NCBI GenBank assembly: GCA_963514005.1
Contig: OY740795.1
Span: 40,300,001 to 40,364,000 of the forward strand
Direction of reading: 5' to 3'
Source: Raja brachyura
Lineage: Eukaryota
DNA length: 64,000 nucleotides
Shown here: positions 13,255 to 24,477 of the stretch, piece by piece
How positions within the stretch are numbered: position 1 is the stretch's first letter
Layout of the letters: each line of letters starts with the position of its first letter
The notes under the pieces: generated by a model
The model's database searches: none
Seen by the model: the letters and a program-made list of their open reading frames with translations, nothing else
Told to the model about the DNA's origin: nothing
Program-made: the position numbers and the translations under genes

Positions 13255-13890
13255 TTTGTTCATTAGTTTATTATTGTCACGTGAACGAAGGTACAGTGAA
13301 AATTTGTATTTGTTGCGTGCTTTGCCGTCTACACATGATTGCAAAGACGTGATTACATTCAAGCTGTCCACTACGTACAGAAACCGAGTATATCATTTAG
13401 TGCAAGATAAAGTCTGTTTAAAGATAGTTTACAGCTCTCCAATGAGAAAGATGTGTTGTCAGGACCACACTCGCTGGAGAGAGGACAGTTCAGTTGCCTG
13501 ATAACGGATGGGAAGAAACCGTCCCTAAATCTGGAGGTATTCAATTTTCAAAATTCTATACCCCTTGCCTGATGGGAGAGGGGAGATGAGTGAATGACTG
13601 GGGCAAGACTGGTTCTTGATTATGCTGGTGATCTTGCCTAGACAGTGTGAAGTGCAGATAGAGCTCATGGAAGGGAAGTTGGTTTGTGTGATGGTCTGGG
13701 CTATGTCCACAACTCTGCAATTTCTTGTGGTCTTGGATGGAACTGCTCCCAAACCATGTTGTGATGCATCCCAATAAAATGCTTTCTATGGCAGAAGTTG
13801 GTGAGGGGTGTTGGGCATATGTCAAACTTCCTAAACCTTCTCAGGAAGTAGAGGCGTTAGTGTGCTTTCTTGGCCATTGCTTTGATGTGG
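13255..13890 (-). mobile_element. LINE RT 3' fragment (Rex/Babar- or L2-like)
   Basis: IESILLGCITTWFG...KKLQ..LPSGKGYR, similar to the end of the LINE at 24478-27515. Confidence 0.7.
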
Positions 13891-14384
13891 CTTCTTAACC
13901 ACCTTGACAGCCTGTGCAGTTGCGTTCAGGAACCGTTAACATGTTGACTAGGTCTCTCCAATTCTTAGTACTTCCTCAGACCTTCCATTCATTGCGTATA
14001 TTCAAACATTATTCTCCCAAAAGGCACATTTAGTCAGCTGGTCACCTCCAAAGGTGTTAGGTGTACTGGCAGGAACGTAACATATGACCATTGGGCAGAC
14101 CAGTGGGTACAGAGAGGTATTGCATGAGCATTTTGTCATCATTCCCTTCTCAAAAAAACACAAGGTTGGACATACAGAATCGTACATCGTGGGAATATGC
14201 TGTGTTGTCTATAGTGAGCAGGATAGTCTTGGGTTGCAGAATGATATTGATGAGCAATGGTAAGTGGAGTTTAATCTTGAAACCTGAAGTTATTCATTTA
14301 GTAATACAACATAGAAACATGATCTTTGGCTGCCACATCCATGCCGACCATCTAGTAACCATCAAAACAAATCCTATTTACTAG

Positions 14385-14650
14385 CATGTGTCAGAAGGAA
14401 TTGCAGATGCTGGTTTAAACCGAAGATGGACGCAAAAAGCTGCAGTAACTCAGCGGGACAGGCTCTGGAAAGAAGGAATGGGTGACGTTTCAGGTCGAGA
14501 CCCTTCTTCAGACTGGTTAGGAATAAGGGAAACGAGAGATATAGACAGTGATGTGGAGAGGCGAACAATGAATGAAAGATAAGCAAAAAGGTAACGACGA
14601 TAAAGGAAACATTGATTTCTCTCACTTCAGGTAGCCCCGGCATTCCGTAT
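14385..14650 (-). mobile_element. Penelope terminal-repeat-derived element
   Basis: GGTGACGTTTCAGGTCGAGACCCTTCTTCAGACTG core at 14481-14515. Confidence 0.7.
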
Positions 14651-15295
14651 TGCAACCATCCACTAAGTGGAAAAATAAGTCTTCAGATGTCTTTAAATCC
14701 TCTAACTACTCATGTTATACCCTATGCCCGCTGGTTTTAGATGCCTCTTGTAGAGAAAGGTTTCTCACTATCTATCCTGTACCCCTCAATCCCTGTTCAG
14801 TTGCCTCCATGCCAAGGAAAACAAACCCAGCTATCTAACGTCTCCTCATAAGTGAAAGTTGCCTCCCAACAAGGATGCAGAAAAGAATTATCAGGATGTT
14901 CCAATCCAAGAACCATTCATGGGTATTTTTAATGCATTATTTTGAAACATGCGCACGTGGTCTTAAGAATATAATTTAAATCAGATTCTCTAACTCTAAT
15001 ATGTAATTTGATACAAAGCATATGTCTTTGAACATTTTTAAATACCTTTACAAAGATCTGCTTTTTTGTGACTAAACGGTTCAGAGTGAGCTGTAATTAT
15101 TTAATATTTGGCCGTGCCCTTTGAAAAGCAAAGTCTGATACTGCTTTGTGTATCAAATAATTGAACATTTGCTTCTTGGTTACTGGTTGCATCCACTTCG
15201 TTTTTCCACAAAATTACAAAAATATCTTGCAAATTTCAATTCTGTTTCTGACAGTAGCTTTTGCTAGAATTTAAGTTTGAATTACATATTCTTAC

Positions 15296-15437
15296 CATAG
15301 AGTTGCTGAATGGCTTTTCTGTCAAGCCAGTCCAGTTCAAATTTTGAATCTTGTGGGATGTAACTGGGCTGCATTACTGACCCAGTCCTGTAGCTGTGAG
15401 GCAAACCCAATACATGACCCAGTTCATGGACAGCCAC
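15296..15437 (-). CDS. MMP21: MMP21 exon 4 (zinc-binding catalytic motif)
   Basis: [26 protein letters not shown]...[14 protein letters not shown]: HExxHxxGxxH plus Met-turn; not in the ORF track, read manually. Confidence 0.95.
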
Positions 15438-16472
15438 CTGAACATTGGGCAGATTTAAACATTTAATTCATTGAAAAACAATTGGTCTTTTACCCATAAG
15501 AAATGTTTCTGTCATGGGTTAATCCTGGATGATTCTAAAATCAAAATGTACATTATTGACTTCAGGTCTGTTTTCATATGTGTGTTATACATTAAAACAG
15601 GGTCAGAATATGTGAATAGATGCAGTGCTCACTCCAGTGCACAACCAGGAAAGTTCTTGATACACCAATTAGTGTTACTGTCCCAGAGTAAGAGGGAACC
15701 CTTTATCCTGCTACAAACTATTGACTGCCTCAAATGTTAAATGCAACTAAATGCAAGTTAAGTTTAGCAGTACTCTCCTTACAGCACTGCGCTGTGCGGC
15801 TAACCGTTTGGGTTCCTCGTTCTTAGCTCTTAAGTTTATTTACAATCTATTTCTACCACCTTTTCAGGTAGATAATTGCAGATATGGACAACATTGAGTA
15901 AGAACATCCATCCTCCTCTTCCCTGCTTCCTTCCTCATTGGATATTTCCCCCCAACTGTTAATGCAGATTGGGTAAAACAGAGCGCAGTATCTAATAAGA
16001 CAGCGAACATTTATAATTTATTTTCTTCCTATTGTTCAGAGATCTGCACAAACATTTTCATAGCCATGTCATTACATTTCTGATTATTAAGTCAAACCAG
16101 ATAATTCATATGAGAGACATCTAATTCATCCAGTTCACTTAACATTGAAGAAGAATGTCAAACTATTATTATCTTTATTTCTTATTACCTCATTGCTAGC
16201 CTTGTTAGATTCAATTTTCTGCTAATATAAGCCACATTGTTATCCAATGTGAGGGCAGTGCATGAAATGTATTTATATTTTATATATTAATCTCTATGCA
16301 TTAATACCATTCTGTCACGTAAGATATCTTCTCAATCTGTTTGCCGCAATTTTTTTGTACATTTCTATAAATCATAGAGTATATACATTTCTTCTTTTCT
16401 GGACTGTGTGTTAGAGCCCAAATCTACATGCTGCACACTTTTACTGCAGTCAATGTCAAATAACTGCAACTT

Positions 16473-16784
16473 GGCAGCTCGGTGGCGCAGCGGTAGAGTT
16501 GCTGCCTTAAAGCGCATGCAGCGCCGGAGACTCGGGTTCGATCCCAACTGTGGGTGCTGTCTGTACGGAGTTTGTACGTTCTCCCCATGACCTGCGTGGG
16601 TTTTCTCCGAGATCTTCAGTTTCATCCCACTCCAAAGACGTGCAGGTATGTAGGTTAATTGGCTTGGTGTATGTGTAAATTATCCCTAGTTGGTGTAAGA
16701 TAGTGTTAATGTGCGGTGGTCGCTGGTCGTCGTGGACTTGGTGGTCCAAAGGGCCTGTTTCCGCACTGCATCGCTAAACTAAAC
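16473..16784 (+). mobile_element. tRNA-derived SINE (V-SINE/HE1-like)
   Basis: A box TGGCGCAGCGG, B box GGTTCGATCCC, core GGAGTTTGTACGTTCTCCCCATGACCTGCGTGGGTTTTCTCC, (TAAAC)n tail. Confidence 0.85.
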
Positions 16785-16987
16785 TTGTAACAATACTACC
16801 CGTTTTGACTGATTGGGACAAAACATGGTGTATCTGCACAATCACTGGGGAGGAAAAGTGGATAATATGGCAGTTTTAATAACATTTTCTTCAAATATAA
16901 TTTTGGAAATGTCTATTTGCCAATTTCAGTAAAGCCTCTGAATGGAAGAAATATATCAATGGTAAAGAATGTGAGGAAAAATCTTAC

Positions 16988-17127
16988 CTTTAGCAAGCTA
17001 ATTCCATTCTCATTACTTGGAGTGGTAAAATGGTCATCATCATCAAAATGAATGTCACCTAATTGCCACGCGTGAGCAAACTCCTGTCCATTGCCATCAA
17101 ATGTCTGTGTGCAACCCATATGACGAC
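16988..17127 (-). CDS. MMP21: MMP21 exon 3 (catalytic domain)
   Basis: [34 protein letters not shown]...GISLLK|gtaag. Confidence 0.94.
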
Positions 17128-17214
17128 CTATGGCAAGAATGAACATAGATTTTCATGTTAGCTGATCATTCCTTATGCTTCAAGTCAAGTCAAGTTTACA
17201 TAAATTAAGTTATA

Positions 17215-17455
17215 CAGCGTAAAGGAGATGAGGAGGAATTTCTTTAGTCAGAGGGTGGTGAATCTGGAATTCTTTGCTGTGGAGGTTGTCAATGGATATT
17301 TTTAATGCGGAGATTGACAGATTCTTGATTAGTAAGATGTCAGGGGTTATGGGGAGAAGGCAGGAGAATGGGGTTGAGAGGGAAAGATAGATCAGCCGTG
17401 AATGGCAGAGATTTAATGGGCTGAATTGCTTAATTCGGTGGCTGGAACCTATGAA
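17215..17455 (+). mobile_element. CR1 LINE 3' fragment
   Basis: TTCTTTAGTCAGAGGGTGGTGAATCTGGAATTC...GGTTATGGGGAGAAGGCAGG. Confidence 0.7.
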
Positions 17456-17624
17456 TTTATGAACAAATATATATATATACAATCACTATTGTTTTAAGGC
17501 AAAATATCAAATTTTAAATTTGATATATATTAATAATCTAATTTAAATACAAAATTCTATTTATTTCATGCTTTGGTAAATAAAGCTATGAACAATGTGT
17601 GCATCAAGAAGACATTGATGTTAC

Positions 17625-18318
17625 CTTTTCCAAAGCCAAGTTTGATGTCGACCATTGAAGCAGGAGAGTCGTTATTCTCTTCGAACTCTAATGGAATGAC
17701 TTCACTCCACATCCTAAAAGCCAATTTGAGCACATTTTTCTGGTCTTCAATAGATAGCTGATTGCTAAAACTTTCTCCCATCAGGCGCCATGTTAGCTTT
17801 GATTTCGAAAAGGCCATTCTCATTGCCTTATCCATGTTAGCGTCAAATGGCAATTTCTGTTGTGTGGGAGAAAGTAATAGATGCAAAAAACGCTTCTTGC
17901 GACCTTTTGACTCTGGACTCGTGCCAGTAGTATTGCTGGTTTCAGTGGCAGTTTTGTTTAAACCGACAGTTTGGTTGTCAGTGGATGTCTTATTGTCCAT
18001 CAAGATATCATCGGACAAGACTTTATCTGGGACTCCACATCGCGGTTTGTTCATTGCTCCCTTAGTGGCTTTGTCTAATTCTCCTGTCACAGGTATGCCG
18101 TTGGCCTTTTGGAATTGTTTTAAGGCTTCTGTGTAGGCAATGTTTTTAGTGGGCTCAGCCTGAGATTGCTCCTTTTGTCTGGAAGAAGATGATCCTTCTT
18201 CAATAAGGTCTATCAAATCTTTAGGAGCTGGATGCTCATCAGCAAAATTCTTCTGGTTCAGGTGTTTGACATTCTCCCAGTTTATTTGTTCAGTCCATCC
18301 ATATTTGGACAGGTATTC
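17625..18318 (-). CDS. MMP21: MMP21 exon 2 (prodomain, cysteine switch, furin site, start of catalytic domain)
   Basis: EYLSKYGW...FQKANG...PRCGVPD...RKKR...LAFRMWSEVIPLEF...DIKLGFGK; 694 nt, phase 0 to 1. Confidence 0.95.
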
Positions 18319-18807
18319 CTTAAAAAAAAAATCCAAGATGTGGGAAACATTCAGCATGGAAATTGTAAATGACTTCTAGACTCCGTACATGATTCAAATA
18401 CATCTTTAATCAGCACTTATACTTAACAGCATGAAGGATGATTAGTTGTTAGTACATCCTGGCTGCTCCAATTGTCGGTGCTGGGGAACAAGTGTTAGTA
18501 TAAGTATTATAGTGGGGTGGAGTTAGAGATGCTGGCTGGTGTGTGATTGGTTAACATGCAACATCAATCTACAGAAATTATTCTGAACAATAAATGAACA
18601 GACAAGTACTCAAGATTGTTGCAACCAATATTTTGACCCAGGACTGTGTTGTTTAAAACGAGAGTACAACTAGTTTAATTTCTATAACGGTACTGTTTTG
18701 AATATACATTTCTTTCTATGTCATTTATAAGACACTAATGTCTTTACATCTTCACCAATGTATAATATTGAGCTGCTCAACTATGGGAAGTTAATGACTG
18801 AAGAAAA

Positions 18808-19110
18808 GCACAGTGACACAGCAGGAAGTGCTGTTGCCTTGCCGCTCTAGTGACGGGTTTGATCCCAAGACTGATGATTGTCTGTGTGTGGTAGGTTGCA
18901 TGTCTTTACTGTGATCATGTGTATTTTTCCCCATGTGTTTCGCTTTCCATCCACATCCTGAAGATAGGCTGATTGCTAGGTTGATTAGCTACTGTAAACT
19001 ACTGTAAAAAGGGGAAGCTGGGGAATCAGAAGGGAGTTGATGTGCATGTAAACGAAAATCGGTTACTTTGAGAGCTGCTATAGATTCAATGGAATGAATG
19101 GCCTCCCCTA
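18808..19110 (+). mobile_element. Decayed tRNA-derived SINE
   Basis: Degenerate match to the 16473 element (GGTTTGATCCC B-box remnant, core, CCACATCC..AAGA). Confidence 0.5.
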
Positions 19111-19929
19111 TATTGTGAGAAATACAAATCCAAATCTGTTCTAATCTAATGAAGTCATAACCTTTGCAAGGGAGTTTGTACATTTTTCTATCTCAAAGCA
19201 AGTTGCATTTGGGATCCCCCCCCCCCCCCCCCAAACCCCCACCTCTTCCTTACGCCCCACCTAGACTGGGGTGTAAGCACCTTCTCCCATTCAACCTACA
19301 TTCCTTCTTCTGACTTTATAATTCACAACTCTTCTAACCTTATCTCACACCTTTAGTCTTTTCATCTCTAGCCTTTCTCCAACCATCTGCCTATTCAAAA
19401 AAACCTCTCTCACCTGTAACTATCTATCACTTGCCAGGCTTGCCCCACCTTTCTTCAGGCTTTCCTCACCTTCCATTCACCACAGTCAGTCTGTAGAAGG
19501 GTCCCAGCACAAAATGCCACATATCCATGTTCATCCAGATGCTTACCCACCCTTGAGTCACTCCAGCATGTTGTCTTTTTTCCTATACCAGCACATACCA
19601 CTAGACTTAAGGACAGTTTTTATCATCATGCCACCAGGCTTCTGAACTCATAAACGCATCATATATGTTGATTATTTTATTTATTATTGTCTTTTATATA
19701 CCAATGTGATTTTTATCTTTTTTTTTTTAACCTTAATTTTATCCTTGTAATATCATTGCTGAGGTGACCTGGTGTTTTGTCATACACATTCCATTGTACC
19801 ATTGACCCTGTGTTAACCCACATATGACAAATAAAACTGAATTGAACTGACTGATCTAGTTCCTTGTTTCTATATCTTATAATGTTCGTTGTGTGATTAT
19901 GGAAAAAAAATCACTTTGCTTTTGATATC

Positions 19930-21120
19930 ATTTTATTATTTTGATATTAATGCCATTTAAACAATTAGACAGTAATAACACTTGCACTGCCGACAAATGT
20001 TCAATGTTTTTGGTTATAGTATTTTTCAGCGGATTTGCTTCCACTTTGCTGTTTGTAACTGGAAAACATAACTGTGAACCTATAAGTAGGTATGTTGCAA
20101 AACTTACCTTTAGCAGCGCTGCAGTTCTGCCGCTCCCCGTGTGCGCGACTTTGGCGCCTTTCAGAGGGGGCGGGCTTAAAGTGCCGTTTTTCCACAGGCA
20201 GGGAAAATCGATCAATGTCGGGCGATTTCGTTGCGGAAGAAAAATCGCTCCGACATTTCATGAATGAAGGTATTTTTAAATTACTCTAAATTATTTATTA
20301 ACTAGAGTAATTTAAAAATCACCTTCAAAAGCCGTGAGCACCGACAACCGGAAGGATTTTGCGTAGGGGAGAAAGAAAGGTAAATAGTTTATTTTTATAT
20401 TAAAAGTTGGTTTTTCGGGAGGCTTTAATAATATTTTCATGTTGCGAAATGGGGTCCAAAAAAAATGTATGAACTGGCTGTATTTTTTATACCGACTTCA
20501 CAGCTAACCGCAACGTTCCAATCCACCGCATTCCACTAAAACCCACTCGCTAGTTGATTTAAATGGCCATTAATTTACAGGAATCAAACACTAAATTCCT
20601 TCCATTTGGCCCAGAAATTCATGAAAATGAGATTTTAAAATTATGTTATATTGTGGATTATTGTGTGAATGTTATTTGGACACTTAGGCAATTTAAAAAA
20701 ACTTTATCTTTCCTTAAGAAATGGATAGATGTTTAGATCTGCTCATTGAATTTTGTAATTAGCTACAATTGGGTAACTAACTAAATATATGCTTTAATTT
20801 CAGGTCATCCAAGTAAGATTGTTTCATATTTGTTTCAGAATGCTTCAATCTATAATAACTGAAAATTTCATTGAGTTCTCTTAATTTTTAAGAAAGTTAT
20901 GGGCTTTTAACTGTTCCAGATCACAGCTTTTGAGTTAAGTCAATTGAAAGGCAATGGGGAACAAGATGTTAATTTCCGAGTATGAAAATGGCCATAACTT
21001 TCTTAATACTGAAGATATGAAAGTGAATTAGGTGTCAAATTAAACTTCTTTTTATACTTTATCTGATGGGATAAATTGCTGACTTGATTTTTTAAATCTC
21101 AACATTTTGTAACATTGCTA
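19930..21120. repeat. Unclassified interspersed repeat, probably DNA-transposon derived
   Basis: CpG-rich patch 20110-20360 and composition unlike the flanking intron; one terminus-like end TTTTGTAACATTGCTA; no partner TIR seen. Confidence 0.35.
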
Positions 21121-21370
21121 CTATAAGTAAAATTATGTTTCGTTTATTTTCAACTATTATTCAGGATTTCCGGATGTGTTCCAGTTTAATATTCCAGAAC
21201 AAATGAAGATAATGTAAATTAATAGAAAAACAATGGTTGGAGGAGGTAGCAATTTAAAGACATTTGGACAGTTGCATCAGGAGCCAAAAGGTTAAGTTCC
21301 TGGCACTGAAATGCAGTTCCATGCATTAAGTTCACTAAAGCAACACAAACTGAAAGGCGCGCTTCCTTAC

Positions 21371-21520
21371 CTCGGCGGCCACCTGGTCAAGGATGAGGGG
21401 TGCCCAACGTTGCGGCGATTGCGCCATGTCCGAGTGGTCGCGACTATGAAAAGGTTTCTCGCAGTTCGCCCAGATAAGGACAGAAACCGACAGCAAACTC
21501 AACTGGAAAGCCAACCACAT
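21371..21520 (-). CDS. MMP21: MMP21 exon 1 (signal peptide)
   Basis: MWLAFQLSLLSVSVLIWANCEKPFHSRDHSD...AAE|gtaagg; hydrophobic leader and FHSRD motif of MMP21. Confidence 0.9.
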
Positions 21521-22599
21521 GTTGATGGCTTTTCGAGTCCCAGCTCTTGAATTGGGTGGCGTGCGAGGAGTTTGGGGTTAATGCACCTCAGGCGCAGAGT
21601 CTGTGACCCAGCCCACTCTCAAGCATTTCTCAACTTTCACAACTTTTGTTTTAACCCGACAGTTCTGTGTTGATTTATTGACAGACCAATGGTATATTTA
21701 CGGGAATATAGTTCGGTGAAACGAACAAGAAGGTGTTGCTTCCCTTTGTTCTGCATTTGCAAGGATGGCATGCTGAGATCTGTCACCAGTTCACATCAAT
21801 TCGTCCCCCACACTCGCTTTTGGTAAACAACATATTGAAGTTATGTAAATTTGACAGCTGTCGTTGACTTGAATCATCAGGACCTTTGAGTCCAATTGGA
21901 GAACTCGACTTTAAATCAATTGTATCTCGCTTTTGGGTGACTCAAACTGTTTGGAATCGTCGCTCCGATTAAAACGGACAAGCACACATCGGAAGGAATG
22001 CAGTTTGTGAATTTTTCAGTAAACATTTACCAGGGGCTGAACAAAGCTGGTGAGCATTTCAGGATGCCGATAAAAGCAAACTGTAAATTTGCAGAGTTGA
22101 CACCAATTTAATGGTTAATTTGCTCAGCTGAGGGGGGAAATGTGGATTCTTTTGTAAATCAATCAGTTTGACTGCAGAGTTTTTCAAGGCTCAATGTAGT
22201 TCCGAGGCGTCGGAAGTTTTAATTCAAAAGCCTAAATTGCGGTGTTAGCAAATAAATATAAGAGAAATATGCTGTTTGTTGATTGTCCAATGTACCTAGG
22301 CAACCCATTTTATATTTGTAGATGATAATTTGATGAGTCCCAGATTGTAGTAATTATTGTAAAAACAGTCAATTTTGGTTTATTAATTGGACTGTACAGG
22401 ACTGAGGAGCCCTAGGCTAGTGATAATTGGAGCATTTGTTTTGCTAATAGTTGAATCAGCGAGAGTTGTAGTAAATACTTTATGTATGGGAAATCAAAGA
22501 TGCTATAATGTTATTTTCATTTCATTTTATTTTCATAAAGAAGATTTAATATTTAGACTATGATATCCAGTTTGAAAAGGCAATGAATAAAAAAACGGA

Positions 22600-23135
22600 G
22601 ACACGAGAAGCTGCAGATGCTAAAATCTCATGTTAGAAGCAAACTGCTGGTGGAACTCGGCGGGTTGAGCAGCATCTGTGGAGAGATTCGACGTTTCGGG
22701 TTGGGACTGACGGTGTATGCAGGAGAAAGCTGGAAAAGAAAGGTAGGGTGGGGAAAATCTGACAAGTGATAGCTAGATACAGGTGAGGGGGCATTTGGCA
22801 AGTGGGCAGCGGAAGTGACAAAGGCGAGAGTTAAAAAGGAGACAAAAGGGCATCAGGAGGACTGAAGGGACGGATATTTGTGAAATAGGACAGGGGAGGG
22901 GGGAATGACAGGGAAATGTGGGACTTGGGGCTGGGAGTTGAGCATGCATAGGAGGGGAAAGGAGCAGGGTGACTAAGTAGTGGGATACATGTATGCATAC
23001 CATGGTGGCACTGGGGAAAGAGAGGGGAGGGTAAGTTACTTGAAATTGGAGAAATCATTGTTGATATTGCATTATAAGTTACCCAAGTGGAATATGAGGT
23101 GTTGTTTGCATGTGGCATGGTTCTGGCAATGAAGG
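22600..23135 (-). mobile_element. Old Penelope-derived 3' fragment
   Basis: Terminal-repeat remnant (GACGTTTCGGG at ~22690), purine-rich tract and TTACTTGAAATTGGAGAAATCA (end of the GIY-YIG ORF). Confidence 0.55.
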
Positions 23136-23969
23136 AGACCAATAAATAAAAAACATATTCAGAATGTTCAGTACATAATTTGGTTCGTAATGTCCATGAC
23201 TTGCTTATAAGACCTGCATTCATAAAAATAAAGAGAATGTGAATTGTATCCAGCCAGGGTGCTCAACCAATTGCAATTTAAGGATCTTGGCAAATAATAA
23301 AGCAAAATTTGAATGCACTATAAATTGAATGCCCAAAAAAGAAAACACTTAGAAGCTTAAATTTGGAAAATAGAAACAGAAATGACCAAAAACGTCATCT
23401 TTCAGCTTGAACGGTGATGGGAGCAAATAACTCCCCAGAGGCAAGTTGGTTGGTGAAATCTTTGAAGGACGCTCTATGCGGCCATTTTGCTGGTAATTTG
23501 TTTTTAATCCATGTTGGCAGGATGTCTATGACCAATGCAGGGCTTCCATTGGGAGCGGTAGGGAGCTTTTGCATTTTTCAGCTTAAAATTGTGCAATCTG
23601 GTGCATACCATAGCGAGTCTTTTAACTTACACTTGAATGCAACATTTATGCTTTACATTGGATTCGGTATGAATAAGGTTAGGCAAAATTACATTCCTAA
23701 TTACATTCCCAGTAGAGCCAGACTCTGATTAATAGGGGCAGCACATGAATTACTATATTCATGTATGGAAATCAGATTATAATTCATGCTGTTATGCATA
23801 CATATAGAGAAACAAATAGAGAAACCAGGCAAGAGTCGGACTTCCATCACTGTTATGCAGAAATAAATCAATCAACCTTACCCATTGACTATAGAAACAA
23901 GACAAAATTAATGCCACAAATTCAAATCACATATGGTTCAATTAAATTAATATATATACTTAAAACATT

Positions 23970-24186
23970 TACAGGTATATGGAAACAGGCCCTCAGCCCA
24001 CCAAGTCCACACTGACCAGCAATCTACCAGACACCAGTTCCATCCTGCACGCCAGGGACAATTTACAGAAGCCAATTAACCTACAAACCTGCACTTATTT
24101 CGGATGTGGGAGAAACCGGAATATCCAGAGAAAACCCATGTGGTAGTAAGGCATCAACTCCACCGCTGAACCACCGTGCCACCCCA
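23970..24186 (-). mobile_element. tRNA-derived SINE, internally deleted
   Basis: Reverse complement of the 16473 family (GCCAATTAACCTACAAACCTGCAC...GAGAAAACCCA...CCACCGTGCC). Confidence 0.65.
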
Positions 24187-24477
24187 TTAAATTATTTTTT
24201 TTGTAATATATTTATGATGGTGTCACGTCAATAAAGATGAACACATGATTCTGACTTCTGCCCTTAGTTGGATAACACACATCTCCAGTCATTGTGTTTT
24301 ATGGCTGTTTTTTTCAACCTCTTTAGTCTGAAGATCTCGACCTGCTGGGACCACCTCCGTGTCTCACCTATAAACACCATCTGCAGAGGAGAAACTAAAT
24401 CATCCCCCAAATCATCCCGTGGGCTGGTAGTTTGACACCTCTGCTTTAAACCAATGCCCTCTAGTTCTTGAATCACA

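Noticed and set aside
16473-16550. tRNA-like A and B boxes as a tRNA gene
   Set aside because: Continues into SINE core and tail; no complete cloverleaf
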